The notes beneath the pieces were generated by a model that did not search any database, was not told the DNA's origin, and was given only the letters and a program-made list of their open reading frames with translations. Source: Amphiscolops sp. MND2022 (lineage: Eukaryota). From it: 60,000 nt of DNA. The translations under genes were made by a program, and so were the position numbers. The stretch is taken from the NCBI GenBank assembly GCA_964187785.1, contig OZ076409.1, positions 18,478,001-18,538,000 on the forward strand, written 5' to 3'. Below are positions 10,801 through 20,400 of the stretch, piece by piece. Numbering within the stretch: position 1 is the stretch's first letter; every line of letters starts with the position of its first letter.

Positions 10801-12989
10801 CACCCGGCTTATGCTTGGGACCTCAAGAGCTGAAATGCTATAATATCAACCACCAAGAACCCACCGGGGAAGCGCGAATAGACGAGCGTGCGTCGCTCGT
10901 TGTCTCTTTTGTGGTGCCACATGCAGCACCTATCCCACTGCGAGGCCTGGTGGACACTGGTTCTGGAGTATCAATACTGACCTTCTCCGCCTTCAACCGG
11001 GTAGCTGCGCGGACCGGAGCGGTCCTGAAACCCTATCAAATTGATTTGTACGCTGCCAATGGGAAGACAATAAAGACTTTCGGACTGGCTGAGCCGATAC
11101 GCTTCCAGTTGGGAGGGTATGAACTCGAAACCAATTTTGTCGTGGTAGATGACACAATGGGCGTGGAGGACTTTCTGTTGGGTCGAAACTTCCTTCGTTC
11201 CTACCAAGTCCTGGTAGATCTGACCTCCATGAAGATAGTGGTGCGAGCACCAGTGAAGCCCGTCTGGCATCATGCACACACCCAGGTAGGTGATGCTTCA
11301 CTAACTACCCCCATTGCCCTGGACAGCGACTTAGTCCTACAGCCTTTCGAGCGTACAATGGCAAAAGCCAAACTTATCACCAACGCGCTTGAACCATTAA
11401 TCTTTCAGACCGTGGCGCTTAACGCCTCGTTGTCTGATCCCTCATTGCAAAATACCATCTTTTTAGAGGACAGCGTGGCCACTGTCAGTGAGACAGGAAC
11501 ACTGTATGTGAGCCTGGTAAACCTCACCAGCAACCAGCAGCGTGTACGATGTGGTGCCCACCTAGGCACGGTAGTGCCTGTGTCTCTAGTATACCAGGCG
11601 GTGCCCCAAAAGCTGGATGCTACAGCGGAAACTGACCACAAAACTGAAGCCGACAACAGTCGAGCAAATTTTGTTTATAAAGTGTACAGTGAAATGAATC
11701 TATCTACTGCTTCTGAGTTAACCTCTTCATCTGAATTTGAGTTTTTGTCTTCTACGGATCCAAGTGAAGCGGGGCTTTCGGAGCGCGAGATTCGCAAGCG
11801 CGCCGATCCCGACCTATTGGCCCCGATCCCTGGGCCCGATTCTCAATTGCAAGAAGTCAAGAAACTCTGGGGCGCTAGCGCCTGCGAGTCCTTAGACAAC
11901 ATTCTTAACGAGTTTGATGACCTGTTCATGAAACGCAAAGCGGTTATTGGCCGCTGTACCATTGCTAAACACACCATAGAGGTAGAGCCTGAGGCTGTAC
12001 CGCACCGTGAAGGTGCTCGAAGAATGTCCCCCGAAAAGGCTGAACGAGCCAACCAGGAGGTTCGGAGCTTATTAGCCTTAGGGATGATACAACCTTCACT
12101 GTCCCCATGGGCAAGCGGTATCGTAATGGTAAAAAAGAAAAGCGGGGAGTTGCGCTTTTGCTGTGACTTCCGACCGCTGAATGAGGTAACCATTAAGGAT
12201 GCCTATCCTTTGCCCCGTATCGATGAAAGCCTGGCACGACTGGGAAATGCAAAGATCTACACCAGCATAGACCTTGCCTGGGCTTTCTGGAAAATTCCCT
12301 TGCGAAAGGCGGACCGCCACAAAACAGTCTTTGCCTGTGAGTTGGGACTCTTTGAATGGCGAAGAATGCCATTTGGCTTGTGCAATGCATCAGCCACTTT
12401 CCAGCGAGCAATAGCGCGAGCGCTGCAAAAAATAGTCATTCGCAAAGGCAGTATGGTCATGGCATACATCGATGACATAGTTATCGCAACTGAGACTGTG
12501 GAAGATCTCATGGCGCGGTTGCGCGAGGTTTTTGAATGCCTCCGCGAAGCTGGCTTCAAGATGCGCGTAGCCAAATGCGACTTCATGAAACCAGAAATCA
12601 AATATCTGGGACGCGTGGTCTCAGCAGAAGGTGTCAAACCGGACCCGAAAGCTGTTGCCAAACTGCGCGATTGGGACATCCCCCGCAACAAAACTGAAAT
12701 GCAAAGCTTCCTGGGATTCGCTAATTATTATCGAGAATTCATCCCGTGGCATGCCAAGCTGGTGGCCCCCCTCCACGCCGTTACGGGACTGAATGCCACA
12801 TTCGCATGGGGTCCTGACCAACAAAAAGCCTTCAACGAAGGAGAGTTCTCGCGCAGCCTAATTCCGAAGGAGAGTTCGTGCTGGACACCGATGCCAGCGC
12901 TGTTGCCATTTCCGGTATCCTACACCAATGGCAAGGAGCTCCCGGAGAACGACGCCTACGACCAATCATATACGGCAGCAAGAAACTGA
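7878..12989 (+). CDS. gag-pol: Gag-protease-reverse transcriptase part of the polyprotein (frameshifted at about 12840)
   Basis: Coiled coil; capsid-like region (HLEGEARNY...FQSRIQQEKE); two CX2CX4HX4C knuckles (10134-10175, 10290-10331); protease LVDTGS (D at 10953); RT motifs LPRID, SIDLAWAF, MPFGLCNA and YIDD (12465). First ATG at 7878; the frame is open from 7863. Confidence 0.95.
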   Translation: MAVSHTGSQSWVTIEGSCFSDNMSDEVTIEQQRKEELAAMVRPSENPSISANSRRTEQWVDETCRDRANEVEEGWPNSNMTDELAAEEGCSRAPPAGERQLGSQTDMEQDLTHVGGMSYARQRGLGTTRGPTRVCAYGKHKKVRPPLLQVGEPRQEASRVRSMTGSLASSQRSSVYKAALLDAQAGTQRALAGLASTRAECNEQHLAIVENIKMMQTTMREDLQVSDQLRTAQNVQTARVDTLGHRIGEMNDTLMSRELRVETQINDLSNQMHTVLNAIEVMRRERSLPRQSSASGGVRSGGTVRVSEPTCPSQVVKSELPSALKPITSRPAVPAPRKEEGVAGNLVMAMPEAERKPARVQMRGHHDSAESSMPSATQSTTRDQGVDPMSTIYLDSSVEVDLSNTKATLGSQTEGATFATAPILMSGPDSLYWTADLSAEHGLPSGTPCASSTRKKDEIADLSIQATLGSHDRTREEEAKADEGEAISPEQLRFTAAISKAMSKELAPLLAGRDLAQARPNVYRGSKEGSIDGWILIMQRYLKRTQAKVSAEDQAWSIIGHLEGEARNYIINKAESERDTPEKVFELLSSRFGAGGNRMQVRQAFQSRIQQEKEDWMQYLDALEGLRSQGFPQEAITTKRYEILQRFMEGVRDPALRRELAIVYASEVFLTEPPTVESLRFTTRQLQRNRPKPNQFPQPYDPRLAMRSRPHPFAPLPPNKMMLPQGVMPPPPASNAPNQAAVQPAARLPVGACYNCGQAGHFARDCPARDQARKPVAAPEPEGVKVTAEDVTDGVLESYPSIHQCAHCGVYDHVDVPCGEHSQAARPNDELAYNRWAEVESAGVAAHTVPLEDDRVLMLHPAEPPAFHPPLIVTCGTKQIQTCLEPTTFDPQGRTLISIHLMLAAEQVRRPTLTLAKLWVELSVLYKRMELPRPKQWHVPGESETLTTYSPVPVCATMDGVDVKFEGCVVVDVFPPGLCLGPQELKCYNINHQEPTGEARIDERASLVVSFVVPHAAPIPLRGLVDTGSGVSILTFSAFNRVAARTGAVLKPYQIDLYAANGKTIKTFGLAEPIRFQLGGYELETNFVVVDDTMGVEDFLLGRNFLRSYQVLVDLTSMKIVVRAPVKPVWHHAHTQVGDASLTTPIALDSDLVLQPFERTMAKAKLITNALEPLIFQTVALNASLSDPSLQNTIFLEDSVATVSETGTLYVSLVNLTSNQQRVRCGAHLGTVVPVSLVYQAVPQKLDATAETDHKTEADNSRANFVYKVYSEMNLSTASELTSSSEFEFLSSTDPSEAGLSEREIRKRADPDLLAPIPGPDSQLQEVKKLWGASACESLDNILNEFDDLFMKRKAVIGRCTIAKHTIEVEPEAVPHREGARRMSPEKAERANQEVRSLLALGMIQPSLSPWASGIVMVKKKSGELRFCCDFRPLNEVTIKDAYPLPRIDESLARLGNAKIYTSIDLAWAFWKIPLRKADRHKTVFACELGLFEWRRMPFGLCNASATFQRAIARALQKIVIRKGSMVMAYIDDIVIATETVEDLMARLREVFECLREAGFKMRVAKCDFMKPEIKYLGRVVSAEGVKPDPKAVAKLRDWDIPRNKTEMQSFLGFANYYREFIPWHAKLVAPLHAVTGLNATFAWGPDQQKAFNEGEFSRSLIPKESSCWTPMPALLPFPVSYTNGKELPENDAYDQSYTAARN

Positions 12990-15900
12990 CCACCACCCAA
13001 GCCAAATATGGGGCACCCAAGCTGGAGATGTTTGCTGCCTACTACTTTATCCTCAAGTACCACAGCTACCTTTGTCCCCGCAAGTTCACCCTGAGAGTCG
13101 ACAACCAAGCCCTATTCTGGTTGAAAACCTACTCCACGGACCAAGCATTGCTTGGACGTTGGATTATGACACTGGACAGGTATCACTTTCGCGTGGAACA
13201 TAGACCACGAACGCAGCACCGCAATGCCGATGGCTTGAGCAAACGAACCAATGAATATCGATGCCGAGAACAGCAGCTTGCGCAGCTGCCAGCTAGTGGA
13301 GAGCGTTGGAACTTCCTCTCTGCCGAGGAATTCGATAACCTCCCCATAGCCCCATGGTTCGACCTGCAAGGTCGAATCATTCCAAATCACCCTGACCTAC
13401 CACCGCATCTGCAGAACTTGGAGCCTAAGGCTCCTGACCAGGCACTCCGTGTGCTTCGCCGTGTGCAACGTGCGAACAAACGAAAACGACAGGCGGAGGC
13501 GTTAGCCGCGCCTTTACCGCCTCAGCCTCCACCCGTGTTGCAAAAGCACGGAGACTTCTACCCAGACTATCCTGAAGACTGGATAGATGTCACCACTGAG
13601 GCCAGCGAGGATTACCTACTACCAACACATGCAGTAAATGTCCCCTCGCGCACCATCTATTCTGTGACGGAAACGAGTAACGCTATGCTACAGAATTCTC
13701 CTGGTGGCGTGCGCGAGTCGATCATGGCTCTCAAGGATATCGACACCGAGCTCCATGAACACACACATACCGTGCATGATATCAAGGACTTGGTTTTAGC
13801 CCAAAACCGCGATCTCCACGTGCTTGCACTGAAAAAGCTCGTGCAGTGTGAATCCCTAGATAGCGACGTGTTTCCCGAGAACGTGCGTGAGTTCGCACGT
13901 AATTACTTCCGCCAGAAAAGGGATCTCTTGTTCATAAACAAGAATCAGGTCCTTTGCGTGCAGTACTCCCCCACCCAACGCCCACTGCACGAACGTCCGT
14001 GCATGATCATAATGCCTCAATTGTACCAGCACGAGATTCTGTTCCGTGCACACGACGCAATGGGACACCAAGGCATCTCAAAGGTGGTAGCTCGAATTCA
14101 AGAGCGCCACACTTGGCCCGGCATAAGGCGCAGTGTCGGTCGGTACATCGGCCAATGCCTCACCTGCCAACAAGTACGTGACAAGCCTGGCGACGTACGA
14201 TTCCAACTGAAAAACATTCAGAGTGGCTACTTCAACGAGTTGGTCCAATATGACCACTTAAAAATTTGCCCCTCTGATGACAACAACACCGGCATTTTGG
14301 TCATCATTGACCATTTCTCTAAATTTGCAGAGGCAGTCCCTTGTAGTCATCATGACTATGACGCAGTGACTACCTCACGATTGCTGCTGCAGAAATGGTT
14401 TGCCCGCCACGGCACCCCCACTCGCATGCAATCCGACAATGCCCCCAACCTTACTGCTGAAGTCTCTAATGAGTTTCTAAAGGCAGCTCACGTCACTAAA
14501 GTGACCTCCACTGCCGGACATCCACGAACTCAAGGCTTGGTGGAACGACGAAACCGTACCCTCTTAACCTTGTTGCGAGTCTTTTGCTCACGTCGCATGC
14601 GCGACTGGGACCAGTGCTTAGATGAAGTGATCGGTGCCTATAATTCCACCAGGCACGCCACTACAGGCTTCTCGCCCTACATGTTAACAAGGGGTGTTGA
14701 GAAAGCAATTCCCCTCACCTTTTTATACCCTGAATTTGCAGCCAAGTCCTTCGATACGCATGAAGCATACGTGGATCATGTGTTGGCTCGCCAACAAGAA
14801 ATTCACGACTTGGTTCGGCGCAACACGCACCAAGCCCAATTGCGCCAAAAACTGAAATATGATCGTGCTATCCGCACACGAGCTTACCAGCCGGGAGAGC
14901 TCGTCTGGGTTTTTTGCTGCTACGTGCCGCAAAAAGGCTCTCCAAAATTGTTGCGCGCCTGGCGTGGCCCGCACAAAATAGTGCAAGTTTTTCAAGAAGG
15001 ACGAGTCTATGTATTGGACACAGGCCAAAAGGTTCATTTTGAGCGCCTGAAACCTCATAATAGTGGGCCTCTTGAGCTCGCCACCGCGCAAGCGGACAGC
15101 GGCGAAATCGTGGTACTCATGGACCCTGTTCCTGAACGTTCTATTGAAGCAGTTGATGATGACAAGTCCCAGCCTTCATATAAAACTGAACAACTACTTT
15201 CAGAAGCATCTGACGTATCCTTGCCTTCGCGCAAGCAACATTGGATGGATACCCGTCTGCGCACAAAGTTACGTGCTGGAGGTTCCCGCATGCACTACCA
15301 GCAATTTGACTACTCAACTTCGGGCACTGACGACGAGTTGTCCGAAGTCATGCTACCGGTACTTCCTGATCCCGCTGATGCCGATCGCAGGGAGCCCGAA
15401 CCCCAACTCCCTTCAGACCAGTCAATATCACCTACCCATCACCTGCCTCAACTATTCTCCGACCATGAGCGCGCGCGCTCTCCGTCACCACGAATATCCT
15501 CTCCCGAAAGACAGCCCTCTTTACTGGGCACATCGGCCCCACTACTGACAAATCCATCACTGACAAGCTTCCTCGACAACTATCCCATTTGGCCGGCCGC
15601 CCCTTCCCTTCCTCTAAAATCTGCCACTGAGGACGACGACGCTCAGTCCAATGTCCCTACTCTTCCCACAACATTGCCCGGAGCGGGGACCGCTCCTTCT
15701 TTTAAAAGGGGGAGGGGGAGACCACCCAAAACGCGAAAAAGGCTGGTCAGAGCGAAGGCAAGAACGAGGAAGAAAGAAACTACAACAACACTGCCGTCGG
15801 AAACAGCAATACCGACCGAAGCTTCCGAGGTCCCCCGATATCAACTGAGAAGCAGACGGCAGCCACGCTATAAGTGCGGGACCTGTGGGCTGCGAGACTG

Positions 15901-16879
15901 TGTTTGCTTGCTAGCCGTCAATGAGAACCGGAGGGTTCCCACTGGAGCCCGGGGAATCCCTCCAGAGCGGGGAGAAAATCTAGTACATCGCCTTACGGTA
16001 AGAGCTGAAAAGACTTATTCCTCCCTGGAACGACACGGAGACCATCCCGTGGACACTATCCTGGAGAAGTTATCATTACCTGGAGTAGCGAAGGCCCCAT
16101 GTCCTCGCTTCAAGGAGTGGACTAGCGATGGAAAAGGGTTAGAGTTCACCCTCGCAACGGTGATGCCCCCAGTACCAAGCAACATTGCTTTTGGCCCCTT
16201 CAACTTCGAGCGGGAGCCTGTGCAAATGGTCCGATGCATCACCGCTGATCTTCTCTGTGACAAATACGGAATTCACGTGGACCCGGGCGGAGTATACAGC
16301 CCAGCGCCGCACTGGTGGTTGCTGGTCACTGCTCCACGAGTGGAGACAATAGTGGAACCGTTGCACCTGCTGTCCTGTTTGGAAGGTCTGAGGACCCTCA
16401 CTACCGCGGATCTGATACTTTGCTTTCACATCATAGACTGGTATCGTGGCAAAGTAAAATTTGCGTGGTGGTTGGAGCTGATCATCACTTGTTTCCCCAA
16501 TTATCCTCGCATTAAATTGCTGGATGAGTTGACTCATACCTTCGAGATTCCGCTTCCTCCAAAAGCCGTTTTGAGCACCCTAGACACATGGGTTAGGGCG
16601 ACCAGTGATAACCGAGCGATGCCTCGCTCGGTATGGCAAGACCTGGCTGCAATCCAGGGGCGTACGCCCCGCGTATGCTTGCCTGCCGACAATGGGCCGG
16701 GGAGAGAGATTATCTACCCGCGAATCCTGTATCCAGCCCCAACAGAACACCTCTCATATGATGTGACTGATTTTCTTCAAGTAGAAGGTGACATAGTGTT
16801 GGCGTGTCCCGCTGACCTAGAGACAAACTCAGCTGCTACGAGAATGCGGCAAGGAGAATGTGTTCTCCTTACGTCCTAA
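12848..16879 (+). CDS. pol: RNase H - integrase - extended C-terminal tail of Pol (continues the upstream ORF after a frameshift)
   Basis: LAQPNSEGEFVLDTDAS, KLEM, LRVDNQAL and NADGLS (RNase H); H-x4-H...CLTC zinc finger; QYD...SDN...VER catalytic triad; WRGPH (GPY/F); AT-hook KRGRGRPPK at 15704-15730. Confidence 0.95.
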   Translation, partial: LAQPNSEGEFVLDTDASAVAISGILHQWQGAPGERRLRPIIYGSKKLTTTQAKYGAPKLEMFAAYYFILKYHSYLCPRKFTLRVDNQALFWLKTYSTDQALLGRWIMTLDRYHFRVEHRPRTQHRNADGLSKRTNEYRCREQQLAQLPASGERWNFLSAEEFDNLPIAPWFDLQGRIIPNHPDLPPHLQNLEPKAPDQALRVLRRVQRANKRKRQAEALAAPLPPQPPPVLQKHGDFYPDYPEDWIDVTTEASEDYLLPTHAVNVPSRTIYSVTETSNAMLQNSPGGVRESIMALKDIDTELHEHTHTVHDIKDLVLAQNRDLHVLALKKLVQCESLDSDVFPENVREFARNYFRQKRDLLFINKNQVLCVQYSPTQRPLHERPCMIIMPQLYQHEILFRAHDAMGHQGISKVVARIQERHTWPGIRRSVGRYIGQCLTCQQVRDKPGDVRFQLKNIQSGYFNELVQYDHLKICPSDDNNTGILVIIDHFSKFAEAVPCSHHDYDAVTTSRLLLQKWFARHGTPTRMQSDNAPNLTAEVSNEFLKAAHVTKVTSTAGHPRTQGLVERRNRTLLTLLRVFCSRRMRDWDQCLDEVIGAYNSTRHATTGFSPYMLTRGVEKAIPLTFLYPEFAAKSFDTHEAYVDHVLARQQEIHDLVRRNTHQAQLRQKLKYDRAIRTRAYQPGELVWVFCCYVPQKGSPKLLRAWRGPHKIVQVFQEGRVYVLDTGQKVHFERLKPHNSGPLELATAQADSGEIVVLMDPVPERSIEAVDDDKSQPSYKTEQLLSEASDVSLPSRKQHWMDTRLRTKLRAGGSRMHYQQFDYSTSGTDDELSEVMLPVLPDPADADRREPEPQLPSDQSISPTHHLPQLFSDHERARSPSPRISSPERQPSLLGTSAPLLTNPSLTSFLDNYPIWPAAPSLPLKSATEDDDAQSNVPTLPTTLPGAGTAPSFKRGRGRPPKTRKRLVRAKARTRKKETTTTLPSETAIPTEASEVPRYQLRSRRQPRYKCGTCGLRDCVCLLAVNENRRVPTGARGIPPERGENLVHRLTVRAEKTYSSLERHGDHPVDTILEKLSLPGVAKAPCPRFKEWTSDGKGLEFTLATVMPPVPSNIAFGPFNFEREPVQMVRCITADLLCDKYGIHVDPGGVYSPAPHWWLLVTAPRVETIVEPLHLLSCLEGLRTLTTADLILCFHIIDWYRGKVKFAWWLELIITCFPNYPRIKLLDELTHTFEIPLPPKAVLSTLDTWVRATSDNRAMPRSVWQDLAAIQGRTPRVCLPADNGPGREIIYPRILYPAPTEHLSYDVTDFLQVEGDIVLACPADLETNSAATRMRQGECVLLTS

Positions 16880-17195
16880 GGTGGGGGAGATTCTCACCAT
16901 TCCTCCCGATGTCAACCCAAACCCCAATCAGAGTATTCACTTGCTAATAATCAGAGCAAACCAGCGTGCTCCGCTGCTCGCAGACGACTACCTACGTTGT
17001 ATGACGCACTTGATACAGCGTTTGATGGAGAAGGGATCCACGAGGGTCCACCTACCTATACTGGATCCAGAGCGACCCGCCCTCTCACTAGTAAACTTAT
17101 ATCATACCCTAACGAATTTGCTGGAGGGTACTGGTATTCACGTGGTGCTACATAACCGCGTGTACGTGTCCATTCTGAACATAGGGCTAGAGTAG
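16836..17195 (+). CDS. Frameshifted C-terminal end of Pol (second half of the second macrodomain-like unit)
   Basis: The alternative frame reads LRECGKENVFSLRPKVGEIL...HLPILD...GTGIHVVLH and joins TNSAA of the upstream frame to complete a TARG1-like pattern; stop TAG at 17193-17195. Confidence 0.7.
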   Translation, partial: LRECGKENVFSLRPKVGEILTIPPDVNPNPNQSIHLLIIRANQRAPLLADDYLRCMTHLIQRLMEKGSTRVHLPILDPERPALSLVNLYHTLTNLLEGTGIHVVLHNRVYVSILNIGLE

Positions 17196-17472
17196 CCCAC
17201 CCAAAACATTTTTGTTGCCCCCTTATTCAATTTGCCCACCCGATAATCGTCATGCCTGGGAAGAAGTCTTAAACTATCCCATGAAATATATATATTGTAA
17301 CGTAGCGTTTGATAACTTCTATCTTTGTGTTCTAATTAGTTAGTTGAACTACAATTTAAACTTGTTGCGGTTCCCCTATGGAACCATCTTTGCTGCTGAG
17401 TGATGAGCCTTAAGCTCTCCCTATAATGCGCTTGGCAAGCCTAACGGTAATCCTTTTTAGACCTATGATACT

Positions 17473-20400
17473 ATGGCTTATTACCCCAACAACACGGTAC
17501 CTATTGCCACGACGGGACCTCACGCCAATAGGACCCAAGAATTGCCTGCGCGAGCGCAGGGGACTAACCAAGTCCAATACGTTGAAGAGAGATTGAGGAA
17601 CGGCCTCTCACCGTTAGCGGTAGCGGGCGTGGCCGCCCTACTTACCCAACTAGACTCAATGCAGACGCTGCCTGGTGTATCCGTGTCTCTTGTGACGGAA
17701 GTAGCCGGTTACCGTCGCACCCTAACCTGCCAAAACAATGCGTGGGATGGCCACGATCTGACGCACCAGTTCCTAGATGAACGGTCCACCACAATGCTCG
17801 GACCCAGCCAAGGTACGAGATTCGAGCAAGAAGCCTCACTGTGTATGGTGCCTGCCAGCGTAGCAACAATGCCTCCTCCTCCGATGGTCGCATTGCCCCC
17901 ACCGGCGCCAAATTCAGTACCAATGACGCCAACTTATTCCGGTTCGCCTGCCTTTGGGACCTCATATCGAGCGCCGCATATGGTATTACAAACCACTATT
18001 AATGCACCAGTCTCTGATCGGGAGCCCTCGGGGTCCCGGTTGCCACCCATACCCAATCCAGAGCTAATGGGAAGGAGTACCAGCGAACAGGCCGTAATTG
18101 TGGCTTTGCAAGCAGTGGCGAATTATCCCAACTCAACCGATTTTGTCCGTGCTGTGGAGCAGAGAATCCCTGGATTAGCCACGTATCTGCAAGCTGCTGC
18201 TCAGCCCGCGGGCTGTGACCCTCCTGCCCCCTTAGTTGAAACAGCCTCTATGGATATGGAAATTGTCGCTGGACCGAGTAACAGCGTAAGCGCTGCCTCT
18301 GGCATACGAGAAGAAGCGGGAAGAAAGCGGCTGACTGAGGAGACCGCCTCAGTTACCCCAGCTGGCTCGGTGACCGAGAGCCCGACTAGTCGTCCCCCTC
18401 CTGACAAACGCGCTGTTGTACCTCGACCCCAGCTGAAAAGTGTAGTCATCCCTAGGCCTCTATATCGAGTGGGTCATCTAGGCCGAAGCGCTCCTCAAAT
18501 GTCTTTGGCAGACGCGATCGAACAATATGGAGATCCGGATGCAGGCTCGGAAGTGAGCTCTGTGCCCTCGGGCACCAATCCAACAGCCATGTCCCTGGAG
18601 ATACCTGAGACGGTGGAAGAAGCCCATCCTCCAGCCTTCCTCCCTCCATCTGACGACGTATCCGGCTCAGTAGTCACCAGTGATAGCAAACGCATTTGGA
18701 TGGCGGCCGAGCATCTCTATCCCAGTCAATGTGCTATCAAGAAAAGGACTCCTCCAACTGAAACGGAGCAAAAGGAGATCAACCGGACCACGATACCGGC
18801 GCAAGTCACACGCTCGCTCCGCCCCCGTGACGCAGACATGTCGGAGCAGGCTTGGGAACAGCGTGCTCGAGAGCAGCTGCCTATGACAACCAACGACTAC
18901 ATGGCACCCTTGCAACACAATATCACTGAGCAGTTTCCCGCACGGTATGTGTTGCGAGAGGGTGAGACGTGGGAGGCGAATGCCCGTTACGCCCGCAACC
19001 TGAGATCCTTGAAACCCTTATTGAAAGCAGCTCTGCAGCGTGCGCGCTACTGCATCGCAGTTGAGTCCACTTGCCGAAGTGACCTTCCTATTGATAATTT
19101 AATGCCTGATGTGCTGGTGCTAACTATGCCCCTGTCTCGCTTCGCCGAGGTCGCTGAGATGGTCGGAGCCATATACGATCCAAACTAAAGAGGATCACAA
19201 AAGGAACCACACCCACAGCGAGTGATCTTCGCCAATCTCCTGGATCACATGGCTTGCGAAGGATTGCTGCATGACCTGGCCGCGATAATGTCCAATGTCC
19301 GACGACTGGAAGACATTGCTGCCCTGGTGAACGAGGTGGTTGGTGCAATGGAACGTGCCGCAGGGATCCTTCGGGGTCGTCTGGGAGCGCTCGCGCTCTT
19401 TGTATCCCCACCGGGATTCATGTATTGGCCACGCAGTCTGCAGCAGTTCGTCTACATTCTGCTGGAGGTGTGCAAGGCGTGCAGAGTGGAATTCGCCATC
19501 TGTGCACCGAACTTGCGCGTGGATCGAGAGGACCTGCGCCCGGATACCATATCATATCCTGCCTTCTTTGCCGTTGTATCTAGAGCGCTGGTGGCTATAG
19601 AACGCTCGGGAAACGCCCAGCTCACCATTGACGATGCCATCCGCTATGACTATGGAATGCGGATGGGCAGACTGGCCTTTGACCTTGACGGCAACCGCAC
19701 CGCCCGAGAATCCAATGTAACTGAGCGAGAGGCTGTTCGCCGGTACAATTGGCTAGTGCGAAAGGATAAAGAAATCCCAGTGCGCGCAGAATTAGCCGAT
19801 CTGACGAAGCAAATTGGTGCATGGCCTGCGGCGCGCACCGTCGAAAGAACGATTCCTCAGATCCGCTTCGCCTCGGGAATCGAGCCCGTGAAGCTGCCTG
19901 TAGGGCTGCGATGTATCATAGCAATAGAAGCAACAAATCTGAAAGCAGAAGTCGACGCCGCAGCTACAACTTATGCTCATTGGTACCAGACTAGGTTTAC
20001 CACTAGAGCCCTGGCAGAAGTAGCTCGTTAGCTCGATTGTCCATTGGAAGCCTTCTGTACCAGTCTCGGTCTAGGATGGAACCTAGAGGTGCTAACTTCT
20101 GAGTTCTCGCTGACCTCTACGCAAACGGACAAATTGTTAGAAACAATTGGGGAGGCAACCGTCGGAGAAATACTAGCGCTCGCGCTAGCGATGGGCCCAA
20201 CCAAGTTCGTAGCCGGACCACTGGCTTTGTCAGTCGACATGGTAATTGCCTGCGACCTAACCATGTTCTACAGCTACTTGGTCCTGGCACAAGGACAACT
20301 ACGCAGTCTGACCCGTTGGGGACACTTGATGACTTCCAAAGACCAGCAAGACTATTCCGCACAACTGGAGCGCATGCGTGCGTCAATCCAGCACTGGCTA

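Noticed and set aside
19186..20031. Programmed stop-codon readthrough in ORF3
   Set aside because: Both stops are one transition from Gln codons and the first falls inside the putative domain; mutation is simpler. Intact copies would settle it.
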